A stretch of DNA of 64,000 bases from Octopus vulgaris (taxonomy: Eukaryota), in NCBI GenBank assembly GCA_951406725.2, contig OX597825.1:41292001-41356000 (forward strand). Direction: 5' to 3'. The notes beneath the pieces were generated by a model, which did not search any database, was not told the DNA's origin, and saw nothing but the letters and a program-made list of their open reading frames with translations. Numbering within the stretch: the first letter of the stretch is position 1; each line of letters begins with the position of its first letter. Of this stretch, positions 13,701-25,979 are shown one piece after another. The position numbers and the translations under genes were made by a program.

Positions 13701-14292
13701 GAAGTAGGCTTTTTACAAATATTTAAGTAATAATTTACTTAGTATGATGTTTTTGTTTTTCTCTTTCAACAAAATATACGAGAAAGCACTTACATTAATA
13801 TCCAGCCAGAAATTAGTTTTATATCATAGTAAAAAATCGATATAGTCTCAGATTAAATAAGTTGCTTTTACTAAATATCTCTTATGAAATAATTTTCCTA
13901 ATTTCTAGAAATATTTGGTACATTACATTTCTTTTTAAATTAGATTATTGATTAAGCGCTACAGAAACAGTTCAAATTTTGAACAGCATACTACTAACAG
14001 AAATGAAAGAATAAATTCCATAACTAGATCAACTTTTCCGATGATCTGGAGGCTAATAGATAAACATTTGGAATAGAATGCTCAAAGTTTTGTTTCAATT
14101 TTGCTTTTCAAATTCCTGAATTTTGCAATAATGCAGTTTCTATGAGAGGTATTGAAGAATTTTATTATCAGAAATATTTTAATAACTATAATAGCTCTCA
14201 TAAATTTCCTGCTTCTGCTGAAATTCCTATACACACATATTATATGAACATTCATGGATATATGTACATTTGTAGTATTAGTATTAGTATTT

Positions 14293-14324
<32 letters not shown>

Positions 14325-14689
14325 TGTAGTAGTTGTAGGAGTCCATGAACTTAGTGCAGTTTTGGTTCATCTAAGTAAAATATTGAAGCATTGAGATTAC
14401 ATCATGACTCAGAAGGAAGTCAATGTTATGACTTCCTGTCTAGGTGTATTATACAAACTATAGAATCAATGAGATATACACCACATAAAGGAAATATGGA
14501 ATATATGCTATTGGTTACTTTGCAGGACGTCAATATATTTTACTGACCACTTACCTTATCAGGCACTGTTTTAACTGAAGACTGTTATGCCAGACTCACA
14601 AGTGATTATTATATAAATCAAAATGGGATGACCAAAAGAAAGAAGAGATTATCTTATATAGCAACTAGAAATAATAACTGTCTTTGAAA

Positions 14690-15100
14690 GTATGACTATG
14701 TAGTAAGAAGCTTGCTTTCCGACCATATGGTTCCAGGTTCAGTCCCATTGCATGGCAACTTGGGCAAGAGTCTTCTACTATAGCAAAAGGCCAACCAAAG
14801 CCTTGTGAGTGGATTTGGTAGGCAAAAACTGAAAGAAGCCCATTTAATATGTGTGTGCATGTGTGTGTGTGTGTGCTTGTGTCTGTGTTTGTTCCCAACC
14901 ACCACTTGAGAACTGGAGATGGTGTGTTTACATTCCCATAACTCAGCAGTTCAGCAAAAGCGATCGATAGAATAAGTACCAGGCTTAAAAATAAATATGT
15001 ACTGGGGTTGATTCATTTGACTAAAAATTCTTCATATTGGTGCTCCAGCATGGCCACAGTCTACTGACTGAAACAAATAAAAGGTAAAAAGGTAAAAAGT
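14690..15100 (+). mobile_element. Family A SINE, full length
   Basis: tRNA-like head (GTAAGAAGCTTGCT..GGTTCAGTCCCATTG), internal (TG)n, and tail matching 31925-32340. Confidence 0.9.
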
Positions 15101-15447
15101 AGAAGTACCTTTAGTGTGCTCAACTAGGATGAATAGTAATTTCAGGTGTTTAAATACATTATTATATATTAGCACAATTTTAGTTCATCTATGAAATATT
15201 TAATCATTGAGAGTTCACAACACTTCAACAGGCAATTGATACTTCTCTCTCTTCCCCACTCTATCTCGTTCACCTTTTCTGTGTGTGTATGTGTCTTTGT
15301 AAAAGAAAGTTGCTGAAATGCAAAATGGCATTAATATATTAAGAGATCATGGAATTCTAACATCTCATCTAAATGCAGGTTAATTATGTCACCCAAAATA
15401 GATTTAAGTTCAGCTAGTTATATTAAGATAATTAGAGAGTATAATTA

Positions 15448-15660
15448 AGGCAATGAGCTGGCAGAATCATTAGCATGCTGGGCAAAATGCTTAGCAGCAC
15501 TTCGTCCATCTTTACATTCTGAGTTCAATTCCAACATCAGTGCTGCCTTTCCTCCTTTCAGGGTCAATAAAATCAGTACCAGTTGAACTCTGGGGTCGAT
15601 GTAATTGACCTAACCCCTCCCTCAAAATTGCTGGCTTTGTGCCAAAATTTGAAACCATAG
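15448..15660 (+). mobile_element. Family B SINE followed by (CAT)n/(ATT)n tract to about 15736
   Basis: GAGCTGGCAGAATCATTAGC..TTCTGAGTTCAATTCC..CCTTTCAGGGTCAATAAAA..; same family at 21768, 28264, 59284 and 63230. Confidence 0.88.
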
Positions 15661-15676
15661 TTGTTATCATCATCAC

Positions 15677-15716
<40 letters not shown>

Positions 15717-16035
15717 ATTATTATTATTATTATTATGGCAATGAACTGGGAGATCAAGCTACCATTAAAATGCTCATATGTATTAAATAGTTGAGTGAAT
15801 TTTGGGCCACTCTGTGTATTTGTGTGTGTGTAAAATTAAATAAGGTATTATTTACATTATTAAGATGAAGAAGTGGCCAGCAGTTTAAACCTATATAGGT
15901 AAAATATACAAATATATTAAGTCAGGTATCAGAATACCACTTGCTAGAAATTAGAGCTAACACTCCAAAACCACACATTTCTCGCTAATAAAAAACACCC
16001 AGTGAATGAACTACAGGCGCAAGTAAGACAGATGT

Positions 16036-16092
16036 TCCGGTATCAATTGATTTCACGTTTTGTATCAATATACTTAAGGCTCATCAGCTAGA
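16036..16092 (-). ncRNA. Degenerate minimal type I hammerhead ribozyme-like motif (Penelope-type)
   Basis: Minus strand: TCTAG CTGATGA GCCTTAAGTATATTGATACAAAACGT GAAA TCAATTGA TA CCGGA. Both core boxes and a palindromic stem III are present; stems I and II are imperfect. Confidence 0.45.
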
Positions 16093-16220
16093 CTTACTGT
16101 ATATCATGTATTTTTGAAAATGTTCATTACCTTACACTGTTTAAGCATAAGTAAGATTTAGGTTAGTTAAGATATGTTTGCAATATGTTTCAATTACTGA
16201 AAGCAAATTCACTGGAGTTA

Positions 16221-16650
16221 ACATCATCATCATTTAACGTCCACTTTCCATGATGGCATGGGTTGGATGGTTTAACTGCAAACTAGTAGGCCAGGGTGCT
16301 GCACTAGCTTTTGATTTGGCAAGGTTTCTATGGCTGGATGCCCTTCCTAATACCAACCAGTTAGGGAGTGTAGTGGGTGTTTTTTACATGCCACCAGCAC
16401 AGGTGCTATTGATCTGACACCAGCATCAGCCATGACTACCGGCTCACTTGGTTTGACAGGTCTACACAAGCATGGTATATTGCCAAAGGTCTTGGTCACC
16501 TGTCACTACTTCAATGAAACCCAACACTCAAACAGTGCTTTTTTATGTGCTACTAGCATGGATGCCAGTCAGATAGCACTGGCATCAGCCATGGCTACGA
16601 TTTCACTCGGTTTCACAGGTCTTCTCAAGCATAGCATATTGTCCAATGAT
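16221..16650 (-). mobile_element. Family C retroposon 3' end with (GAT)n tail (RTE LINE 3' region or LINE-dependent SINE)
   Basis: CATCATCATTTAACGTCCACTTTCCATG..GGATGCCCTTCCTAA..; copies at 18573, 18907, 24610, 35237 and 37187 (minus) and at about 26500 and 30022/32420 (plus). Confidence 0.8.
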
Positions 16651-16666
16651 TGAAGGATGTTTTTAA

Positions 16667-17183
16667 CCATGGTGAAAATATTTCTCATATCGTAAAAAGA
16701 TGTGAAAACACCTGGTTTGTTCAGTGTCACCATCTATCAGGAGTCCCAGACATCGATATTTCGAATTTTTTGACTCTTGTCAATAGAATGTACTTGAGAG
16801 GGGCAACTCTGAGCAAATCTTATAAAATAATAGTGACACGGAACAAACTGGGTATTTTCACACTTTTTTTTTACTATTAGAAAGAGTGGTAACTGCAGTG
16901 ATTTTACCTTTTAGCAGTTGAAATATATCACAAACATATTGTAACTTAAAAATTCCATTATTTTCCTCAATCAGGTGATCTAGCAGCACAAAGCAGTCAA
17001 CAATGCTGATTGAAGTTTACATAAAACTATTGCTTTATAAGTTGGTTCAGAGTTGCATCTCTTAGGTACATCCCAGTCAAAAAACTCAAAACATCAATGC
17101 CTGGAATTCCTAACAGATGGTGACACCTAACAAGCCAGGCATTTTCACATTTTTTTTACCATAAGAGAGATATTTTGTCCAGC
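16667..17183. mobile_element. Foldback/MITE with about 165-bp imperfect terminal inverted arms
   Basis: 16667-16833 is the reverse complement of 17027-17183 (e.g. AGTGTCACCATCTATCAGGAGTCCCAGACATCGAT vs ATCAATGCCTGGAATTCCTAACAGATGGTGACACC). Flanks TTAA and ATAA. Confidence 0.75.
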
Positions 17184-17248
17184 ATAACTGCAGTGAATTT
17201 GCCTTTTAGCAATTGAACATATTTTAACTAACCTCAATTTTGCTTATA

Positions 17249-18482
17249 CAGGGTGCAATGGGTAAATTCTTGCCATTATATATTTCTAATTTCATGCATG
17301 TGCATTGTTTGTTTTTGATTTGGTCAACTACACTGTCTCTGAGAATAACAGCACCATGATGCAATTCACTCTGCCAGAAATTTGGAAATGACATGCTGTA
17401 CTGCTTGGCATTCAAACAAGAAGCTCCAATACAAACATTTCAGAGTGTTTGGATGTCAATCTGAGGACACTGCAAAGGATTTAGAGAGAGTTGGATGAGT
17501 CTAATGGTAATTACAAAGGTATGGCAGCTCTGTAAACTCACTCTGATTGTTCTGATAGGAAAAGAACTCCTGAAATTGTTGGTGAGTTCCAGGCCATGAT
17601 TGACAACGATCCCTCCAAATCAATGAGGTCCATCGCCAGGGACATGGCAGTTTCTTATCAGAAAGGTAGTACATGAAAACATTTGGTATTCCTCATACAA
17701 GATGAAAATGGTTAAATTTTTATCCCAAGGGGAAAGACCATGCTACGAAGCTTTTGAACAAACTCAAGCATCTCCTCCAACCGAACATGCTTTGGTTTTT
17801 CTCAGACGAGAAAAATTTCTGCCAGGAAGAGGCAGTGGACACTGAATAACAGTTGGCTTGCTGTGTCCCCAAAACATGTACCAAGAGGGATAAAAATCAA
17901 ACATCCAGTCAATATCATGGTGTTTCGAGTGATCACTAGTGATGGCAACGTTATGTCTCCATTCATCTTCCCACACAGAGGCCTACATCAAGTGCCTGGA
18001 GGAGGTAGTGTTACCCTGGGTCTAGAAGCTGCCTGATGGAAGATCCTATGTTTGGCAACAGACTCTGGACCATGCCACACAAGCAGGAAAACCCAGAAAT
18101 GGCTGCCAGATAATCTCTGACCACATTACCCCTAACATCTGGCCGCCTAACTCCACTGACTGCAACTCCCTTGGTTATTATGGGTGTGACACAACTGAGT
18201 GGGAAACCAGCAAAACTCCTTGTAGCACCAAAGACGAACTGAAGGCAAGGATTATGCCAGCATTCACCAACCTAATGAAGGAGACTGTCCAGAAGAGTAG
18301 CAGGAAATTCTGAAGTTGTCTGGAGGCCGTGATTGAAACAAATTGTGATTTTATTAAATAAGATTACTCTTTAGCATTACAAGATATATTTACGTAATTT
18401 TGGTAAATATAACTGATGAAATGAGATGTCAGTGATTTTTCATGTTTGCATAATTTAGATACAGTTTATTCACCGCACCGTG
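17249..18482 (+). mobile_element. DD37D (maT-type) Tc1/mariner transposon, decayed
   Basis: TIRs CAGGGTGCAATGGGTAAATT and AGTTTATTCACCGCACCGTG. Motifs FFSDEKNFCQ, KHPVNIMVF, YVWQQ/DSGPCHTSRKTQKWL and IWPPNSTDCNSLGYY; the reconstructed spacing fits 37 residues. Confidence 0.88.
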
Positions 18483-18572
18483 TGTTGTGTGTGTGTGTGT
18501 GTGTGTGTATGCATGCATACATGTATAAACATACATTCATGTATTTACATACATTCATGTATATATGTATGC

Positions 18573-19015
18573 CATCATCATCATCATCATCATTTAACGT
18601 CCGCTTTCCATGCTGGCATGGGTTGGACAGTTTCACTGAGGACTGGCTAGCCAGATGGCTTCACCAGGCTCCAGTCTGATCTGGCAGAGTTTCTACAGCT
18701 AGATGCCCTTCCTAACACCAACCACTCCAAGAGTATAGTGGGTGCTTTTACGTTCAACCTGCACAGGGTATTACCACTGGCTATAAACAGAGCTATTGCT
18801 CTAAAACAACAAATTACTCACTATTAAAATACAGATGACGAATGCAATAAACATTGCAGAAATGATACCTATTTAACTGTGATATATATATATATATATA
18901 TATATGTCATCATCAACACCATCATCATCATCGTTTGACATCCGTTTTCCATGCTGGCATGGGTTGGATGGTTTGACTGAGGTCTGGAGATTCAGCGGAT
19001 GCACTAGGCTCCAAA
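18573..19015 (-). mobile_element. Two truncated family C retroposon tails (18573-18770 and 18907-19015)
   Basis: Both begin (CAT)n..TTTAACGTCCGCTTTCCATGCTGGCATGGGTTGGA or a close variant. Confidence 0.85.
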
Positions 19016-19060
19016 TATATATACATATATATATTTAAATACTTATATGTATATATATAA

Positions 19061-19227
19061 AGTGGTTCAGCTTCCTGGCATGATGCTGGTAGACCGTCCA
19101 GGACTCGCAGCTGTAAAGCAGCATTGTGAGAACAACAGCCTGTTACACCTTGATCTCTGTCATGATGGTGATCCCCCTCCTGCTCTAGACAGTCTTGCGT
19201 AGCCTGCCAAAGGCAGCGCTTGCCTTC
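19061..19227 (-). mobile_element. RTE LINE fragment (post-RT region)
   Basis: Minus translation KASAAFGRLRKTV*SRRGITIMTEIKV*QAVVLTMLLYSCESWTVYQHHARKLNH. GC-richer than its surroundings. Confidence 0.85.
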
Positions 19228-19259
19228 TAGATAAATATATTCTAGATAAATATATTCCT

Positions 19260-19980
19260 ACCTTAGTTTAAAAATTAAAGCTTAGTTTATGGTCCAATTC
19301 ATTCCAAGTCGTCGACTGGTTAATTCTATTACTAATAAGAGGAGCGCGAAGTTTATCCAGTCTGACATTTCTAGTTTTTATTCCTCCATCAACCCAATAG
19401 TACTTAATAAGTCACTTTGGTTTGCTCATAACAGAGCTGGTCTCACCAGGGAAGAAATTAATGTTGTGTTGGCCACCAAAAAATCTATCATAAAGTTTGA
19501 CAATAAGATGTGGATCTGTGAAGACACACCCAATCATTTTGATGTTACGATAGGAAGTTCTGATTCAGCACAAGTAGCTGATTTAGTCTGCATATATATA
19601 CTTTGTGAAATGGCAGAACAGTTCCCAAGCATCAATGGAGGTTTATATCGTGATGATTGTTTACTTTACCATCAAAATGTTTCTGACTAAAAAGTACAAA
19701 AAGTTAAGGATAGTTTAGTTAAGTTTTTCCGTAGAATGGGCTTAAGCATAGTTTTTGATGATGATGTAATGAAGGTCAACATTTTAGAGATTACACTTAA
19801 CTTACACAATAATTCGTACTTCCCATGACACAAACCATCGACCAATCTTATATATATTAGCCAATTCAGTAATCATTCTAGGGCAATCAGTAGGAAGACT
19901 GAATTTTATAACTCTGCCTTACTTAAAGCAGGTTATACAGAGAAAGTTACCTACATTAATTCCATTAAAGGCAAGGAATT
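19260..19980 (+). mobile_element. Penelope-like element reverse transcriptase fragment
   Basis: ORF 19289-19690 has FIQSDISSFYSSI, FDVTIGSSDSAQVADLVCIYIL and GGLYRDDCL; downstream VNILEITLNL..KPSTNLIYISQFSNHS. These match PLE RT motifs. Confidence 0.85.
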
Positions 19981-20039
19981 CTGTCTTCTCTGTAATTCTG
20001 AACTATTTTTTATACTTTTTTCTAAAAATCTCCTTGTCA

Positions 20040-20660
20040 ACACGGCTATAGAGCATGCTTACCGATGTAGAAAACTTGCTGTTCTTTGCAGTCATGGCAT
20101 ATAAGTAAACTATTTTTGCATTGTATTGTTATTTGTAATAAAAATGGCTTCTTTTCAACAAAAGCAAGCATTCTGCATGGTGGTTGGACAGAGACAAAGT
20201 GCTGAAACACAATTCCAAAAAGAATATTCATCAAAAAAAAAGCTAATGGTGTCCGTTTGGTGGTGCAGCACTGGTGTCATCCACTACCACTTTATGAAAC
20301 CTGGTAAGTCAATTACAGTGGATGTATACATCAACCAGTTGGATGAAATGATGAGTGACCTTGCAATTAAACAGCCAAGATTGGTCAATAGATACAAGCC
20401 AATGCTCAACCACATGTTGCACAAAGAATGCTACTCAAGTTACAGGAACTGAACTTGGAAATACTGTCATCTACCATATTCACCAGACCTTGCACCAACT
20501 GACTATCACGTTTTCCAGGAATTAGACAGCTTTTTGCAAGGAAAAAACTTCATATCTGAAGATGAAAAAAAGCCTTTTGTGATTTCATCACCTCTTGCTC
20601 TCCAGAATTCTTCACTGCTGGCATAAATAAGCTGCTGATAAAATAGTAAAATTGTGTGTG
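20040..20660 (+). mobile_element. Mariner (DD34D) transposase fragment, second mariner family
   Basis: KLMVSVWWCSTGVIHYHFMKPGKSITVDVYINQLDEM and HLPYSPDLAPTDYHVFQELDSFLQGK. Confidence 0.88.
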
Positions 20661-21767
20661 TGTGTATTGAAAACAACATTAACATAAAATTGTAAAGACA
20701 ATAGATGCAGGGTTTCAATGAATATGTGTTGTCATATAGCTGATATCATATGGAATTATTTGTTTGTGGTTATAACATTTGTTTTAAAAACTACACGGTT
20801 TTGGATTCGATAGCATAATGTGTCTCAGTTAACCACAAATTTGTGTTTGAAATTTGGTACATGGAAGCTTTGTAGAATCTCCCAGAAGAAAGTACACGCA
20901 TGTTCATGAGTGTATTCATATTCAAAGTGTATTAATATTTATGTTCATGTTCACTGAATGTCAATTAGTTTAACACTAACACCTGGCTGTTGTGAAATTT
21001 TAGCAGAAACTATTTGTTTACAAACACTCACACTAGATCTTCAAACTGTTTATAACATCTCTTCCTTTTTAAGAAGCCTTGCCTTTTCTCCCACTGAAGG
21101 CTGTTAAAAAGTAACGATAATGACAGAGATAAATTGCAGTGAAGAGAACTTTTGTGAAATCCCATGAATCACTAAGGTAACCTGTCAAATCTTACACAAA
21201 GAATCAAAATCTAATCACCCTCTAAGAATCACAAGGTAACTGTCACAAGGAATAAGTAAAAGAATAAGTATTGGCAAATGAAGAAGCAATCAACAGAATC
21301 ATTTAATAAGTTAACATTGCAAAATCTTCCACAAAAAAGACCAGAAATAACGTTATCTTATATGAATTCCATAACAAGATAGCAACACTCTTTAACTGAT
21401 AACCACTTTGGCCTAACCTCAAACTGGCAGTTCTTCAACAGGAACATGAAAATGGATTTAAGATTTGTACTAAATATTTCTTGCAAATCTTTTACAATCA
21501 AGTTTTGATGGTGCAATGGACAGGTATTTTACTATATAACTCAAACTCCTCAAAAGAAAATGTCTCTGCAAAAGCCTTGTTTATTGCACCAACTCAGTAC
21601 ATTATACATGTTTCATGCAAAGTATATTTCAAATCTAAATCCTACCAGGCAGTAAGTAGTCCATTCAGGAAACATTCCATGAAATACACAAGCACATTAC
21701 TCACAAAAATTTGTATGGAACCTGTGAGGAGAGGGGAAAATAATTTGTAATATTTCATGATAGATAA

Positions 21768-21985
21768 AGACGGTGAGCTTGCAGAATGGTTAGTATACCA
21801 GGCTAAATGTTTAGCAACATTTCATCTGTCTTTACAGTCTGAGTTCAAATTCTGCTGTAGTCGACTTTACCTTTCATCCTTTTGGGGTTGATAAAATAAG
21901 TACCAGATGAACCTTGGGGTTGAATTAATCGACTTATACTCTGTGCCAAACTTGCTGGCCTTATGTCAAAATTTAAAACTAATAT
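21768..21985 (+). mobile_element. Family B SINE
   Basis: GACGGTGAGCTTGCAGAATGGTTAG..GAGTTCAAATTC..; degenerate TSD TAATATTTCATGAT / TAATATTGTATGAT. Confidence 0.88.
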
Positions 21986-22566
21986 TGTATGATGGCTTTT
22001 AATCTATAATTAAATAGATGGGAAAAAAATGAGATTTTGCATCAGAGAGAAGCGCTTATAAATGGCTAATGTCTTTATGCATTAAAGAATTGAAACAATT
22101 CAGCAAAGCTTTGAGTACAAACCTGAAAAATGTTGTAGTGAACCTTAGTCTAAAAATACAACAGCACATGACTCTGAAAACAAACATAAAATAGAATATT
22201 TGAGAATGGACCAGAGGACAAAACTATATTCAGTAATAGCTATGCCCCTCAGATACAAAAATTTCTTTCAGAGAAGAAAATAAAATGTTCTATACAAAAA
22301 GACTTCTATAAAAATACCTAAAAGAGTTAACAAGTATATGGGTTATCACTTATACATTAAGATGAGCAACAGAACTAATGAACACAAGGATAGAAACTAA
22401 ATACATTACTTGGCAATCTCTCAACGAGAGAAAAACAAAGAGTCATATAATGAGAATAACAAACATATATGCCAAGCATATTCATAAACATACCACATAC
22501 ATACATATAAAACATTCACACACTTGCACACTCAGCTATTCACACACAGAGAAAATATATTAAATT

Positions 22567-22598
<32 letters not shown>

Positions 22599-23484
22599 CA
22601 CTCAAACATGTTCATCAACCAACCCAATATCTGCTTTGCCAGTAAATTAAATTTGTACACATAAACTACTATTGCAAAAACGAATACTGCAAGAATAGCA
22701 ACAACAACAATAATGATTCCTTACATATGAACAGGGCAATAAATTAGGGTAAAGGGATCAGGAGAGTATAATGACCCTGGTACATAACTGGTGCTTTGTT
22801 GTATCAAATTTAGAACAATGACAAGTCCAATGAGGGCTGAAAAATCAAATAAGGCTGTACCACATTTTCTAATCCATGGAAAAATAGGTAAATTTGCCTG
22901 AGGTGGGGTTTCTTGTTGTATGTATGTATGTATGTATACAGCTATATGCTTAAAGTATGTTAGATAATGAGGTCAATCACGGACAAAACATATCACCATA
23001 CTTCTTAAGATCAGCTCCACACCTCACTGGAACACTTAAATTTCACACAACATACCCAAATAATCCTTCGAGTGAATATTTGTTAGAAATGCTAATGGAT
23101 GCTTCATTCATCTGGTTTTTCTATGCCATAGGTCTGTCTTTAGAACTGGACTTATTAGATATGTGAATTACGAATGAACACATTACACTTAGAACAAATT
23201 TGTTTATTCATCATTTGTCCCCTTTGATGCTAGCATGAGTTACATTGTCAGAGGAACATGTCTTGCAGATGACTGTTTGTAAGTACTTTTTCTGGGCTAA
23301 ATTTATAGTGATATCTGCTTTGTATTATATATATGGTGTTTTAATCAGTATTTGCTTACTAGAAAGTGATATTCATGAGCTAAGCTAGGGATCAAGCCTT
23401 CAACAACTTTAACAAGCTGATTTATTGTTCCATTATAGAGTATTCAAGCCTTGAACATAATCATTTGTCTACACACTTTTATCT

Positions 23485-23519
<35 letters not shown>

Positions 23520-24789
23520 ATATATACACAGTAGGGGTGGAATTATTTTAGGGTTGTGCTGATAAATGTTTATATTTCTCATGATATTAATTTATTATAA
23601 TGATATCCGATTTTCTTTTTGTATTCTTTCCTTATTTTAGCTGTGTTGTTTATATAAATATGTAACAATTGTCTAAAGATTTCTAGCAAGACAGAGAAAT
23701 CAAGGGATTCATTAAGAAAATCTTTGATAAGTTTGCACACAAAATAGACAATAAACAGGTACCTTGTGTCTACTAATATTGATGCCAGTATTTGGCATTT
23801 ACATATTACACAAACTTGAATGAAGACAACAATCCTTAGATGTAATTGTTTCATTTCAACAAAGAGGTATATTGTTCTTGTGTAAAATGTTCTCTGTCTC
23901 ATAACAGGAAAGTATGGTTTTGTAATAGAATTTAATTCTAAAGATTTAATGGTAAATACCATTCTACTAATATCTTGAGCAGGCAATCGACCGATTAGTT
24001 GAATTGTGGTGTTTTACTAATACAAATGATGTAAAAGTGTTTTGATTCATGAGTAATATTATACTAAAAGGCTTGTATATATATAAAGTAGAGAGCGACA
24101 TACTAAAGGTGACCTCATCTTAATATCCAAATGGTAATGTAAAATTGCCTAAAAGAGGTATTGATTTTGTTAAGAATTCCATTAGCAGAATGTATATATA
24201 ATTCTTGGATCAAATCACTATAAAGCGGTAACACCACAGTAGCATGCTATATTATTTATTAAAATTTGTTTCAGACAGAATACACTAGATGGTAATAAAT
24301 AAAATGTGTTTACTTGAGAACAACAGTGAATAATATATGGAATTTTTATAAACATATTTCTGAGTCCATATCAAAGTAAAATTCAACACAAATTTTCTTC
24401 TTTTTTTTTATAACTCTTCTTATTGTTTCACAAGTATATTTGACTTTATGATACACTGGGGATCAAATGAAAAAATATGCTGGTGTACTTCACATGGAAA
24501 GTTAAAAAAACATATCAGTTAAAAATATAGAAAACTATTGCTTCTTTGTTTTATTTGGTCTATTACTCATACTTATATATGAAAATATAACACAGATTTT
24601 TTTTAAATTATCATTATCATTACTTAACGTCTCTTTATCATACTGGCATGGGTTGGACAGTTTGACTGGAGCTGGCAAACTGAAGGGCTACACCAGGCTC
24701 TATTTGTCTATTTTGGCATGGTTTCTATGGCTGGATGCCCTTCTTAAGGCCAGCCACTTTACAAAGTGTACTGGGTGCTTTTTACATGG

Positions 24790-25340
24790 TTCCTAGCCAA
24801 GTGCTTTTCCCTGTTAGAGAACTGATGATAGTCAGATGGGGCCAAATCAAGAGAACAGGGAAGAAGATCAACCAGTTCAAAGCCACAGTCATGCACAGCA
24901 GCCATTGCAAACAAGGAGTTGTGTGCTGAAGCATTGTCTTCTTCAAACAAGACCCTTTCCATCAGTTTTCCTCGGCATTTGGCCTTGATAGCCTTTTGTA
25001 ACTGCCTCAGCAAGTTGGCATTATACTCTCCATTGATCGTGTAGCCCTTTTGAATAAGCGCAATGGTTTTTGCTTCCACAAAACTGAGGTCGTCACCTTC
25101 CCTAAAGAGAAAATGATCTTAGCCTCCTTTGGAGCAGATGAGGAAGGGTGTTTCCACAGCACGGATCGTCACTTTGTCTCTGACTCAAAGGGATGAGCTC
25201 AAAACTCATCCCAGTTGAGGAAACATTCAAGAAAACTAGCTGCATCTACCTCACGCAATGTGAAATTTTCTGGTGATGTGATCAGCCTGGTGCACATTTG
25301 ATCAGGTATCAGAAGTCGTAGCACCCACATAGCAGGGACA
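24790..25340 (-). mobile_element. Mariner internal fragment (adjacent family C tail at 24610-24790)
   Basis: ORF 24759-25079 KGYTINGEYNANLL..LFEEDNASAH..CSLDLAPSDYHQF. Confidence 0.88.
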
Positions 25341-25344
25341 TGTA

Positions 25345-25625
25345 TGACTGAGTGTAAGTGTTTTAAGAGAAAAATTGTTTATAAGAAGCATCAGATATAG
25401 TGTTCTAGAGAGAAGATTGTGCTAGTATGGTCATGTGATGTGTGAGGATGAGGACAGCTGCATAAAGATGTGCTGATCTCTAATTGTGGATGGAAACTTT
25501 GCAAGAGTTAGAACCAAGACAATGTGGGACAAAGTGGTGGGAAATGATCTCCAGGTGTTTATTCCCACAGAGGTGATAACAAAAAACTGAGATTTCTGAT
25601 GACTTACTATGCTTGAAAAGTATTG
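25345..25625 (+). mobile_element. RTE LINE C-terminal fragment
   Basis: LREKLFIRSIRYSVLERRLC*YGHVMCEDEDSCIKMC..RVRTKTMWDKVVGNDL matches the RTE RRLRWYGHV..RGRPRKTW pattern. Confidence 0.8.
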
Positions 25626-25979
25626 TAATGTAGTTACTCATCACCAATTATTGTAGTATCACCACTATTTATGACCATACTTGTGTACACTATAACTAAT
25701 GACAATGAAATATATAATGAAGCAGAGTAAGAACAACATAACATTACAATCCAACAAACTCTCCATAAACTATAGATGAACCATCAAACGATATGCCGAC
25801 AAACTACCAAAATGACACCTTATGACTTCCTGTGATTAGCGCCTACTCTGTCTCTCACTCAGACTGCTACTATTTATATTCATTCGGTCAAGTCTATTCT
25901 CACAGGGAGGGACGTGACTCTCACCACAACAAGAAGATATATCAAGCTAAGCAAAGCCACCCCTCACACATACACAATC

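Noticed and set aside
14545-14600. Strong minus-strand donor AAG/GTAAGT at about 14555
   Set aside because: Isolated; no good acceptor or coding frame, and expected by chance in 64 kb.
20126-20452. SETMAR-like host gene call for mariner ORFs (also 33319-34285)
   Set aside because: No SET domain, multiple stops, and TIRs on the related 33-kb copy; these are transposon fossils.
23540-24120. 135-aa ORF 23579-23986 and possible Penelope GIY-YIG remnant on the plus strand
   Set aside because: AT-rich with no convincing motif; I could not support either reading by eye.
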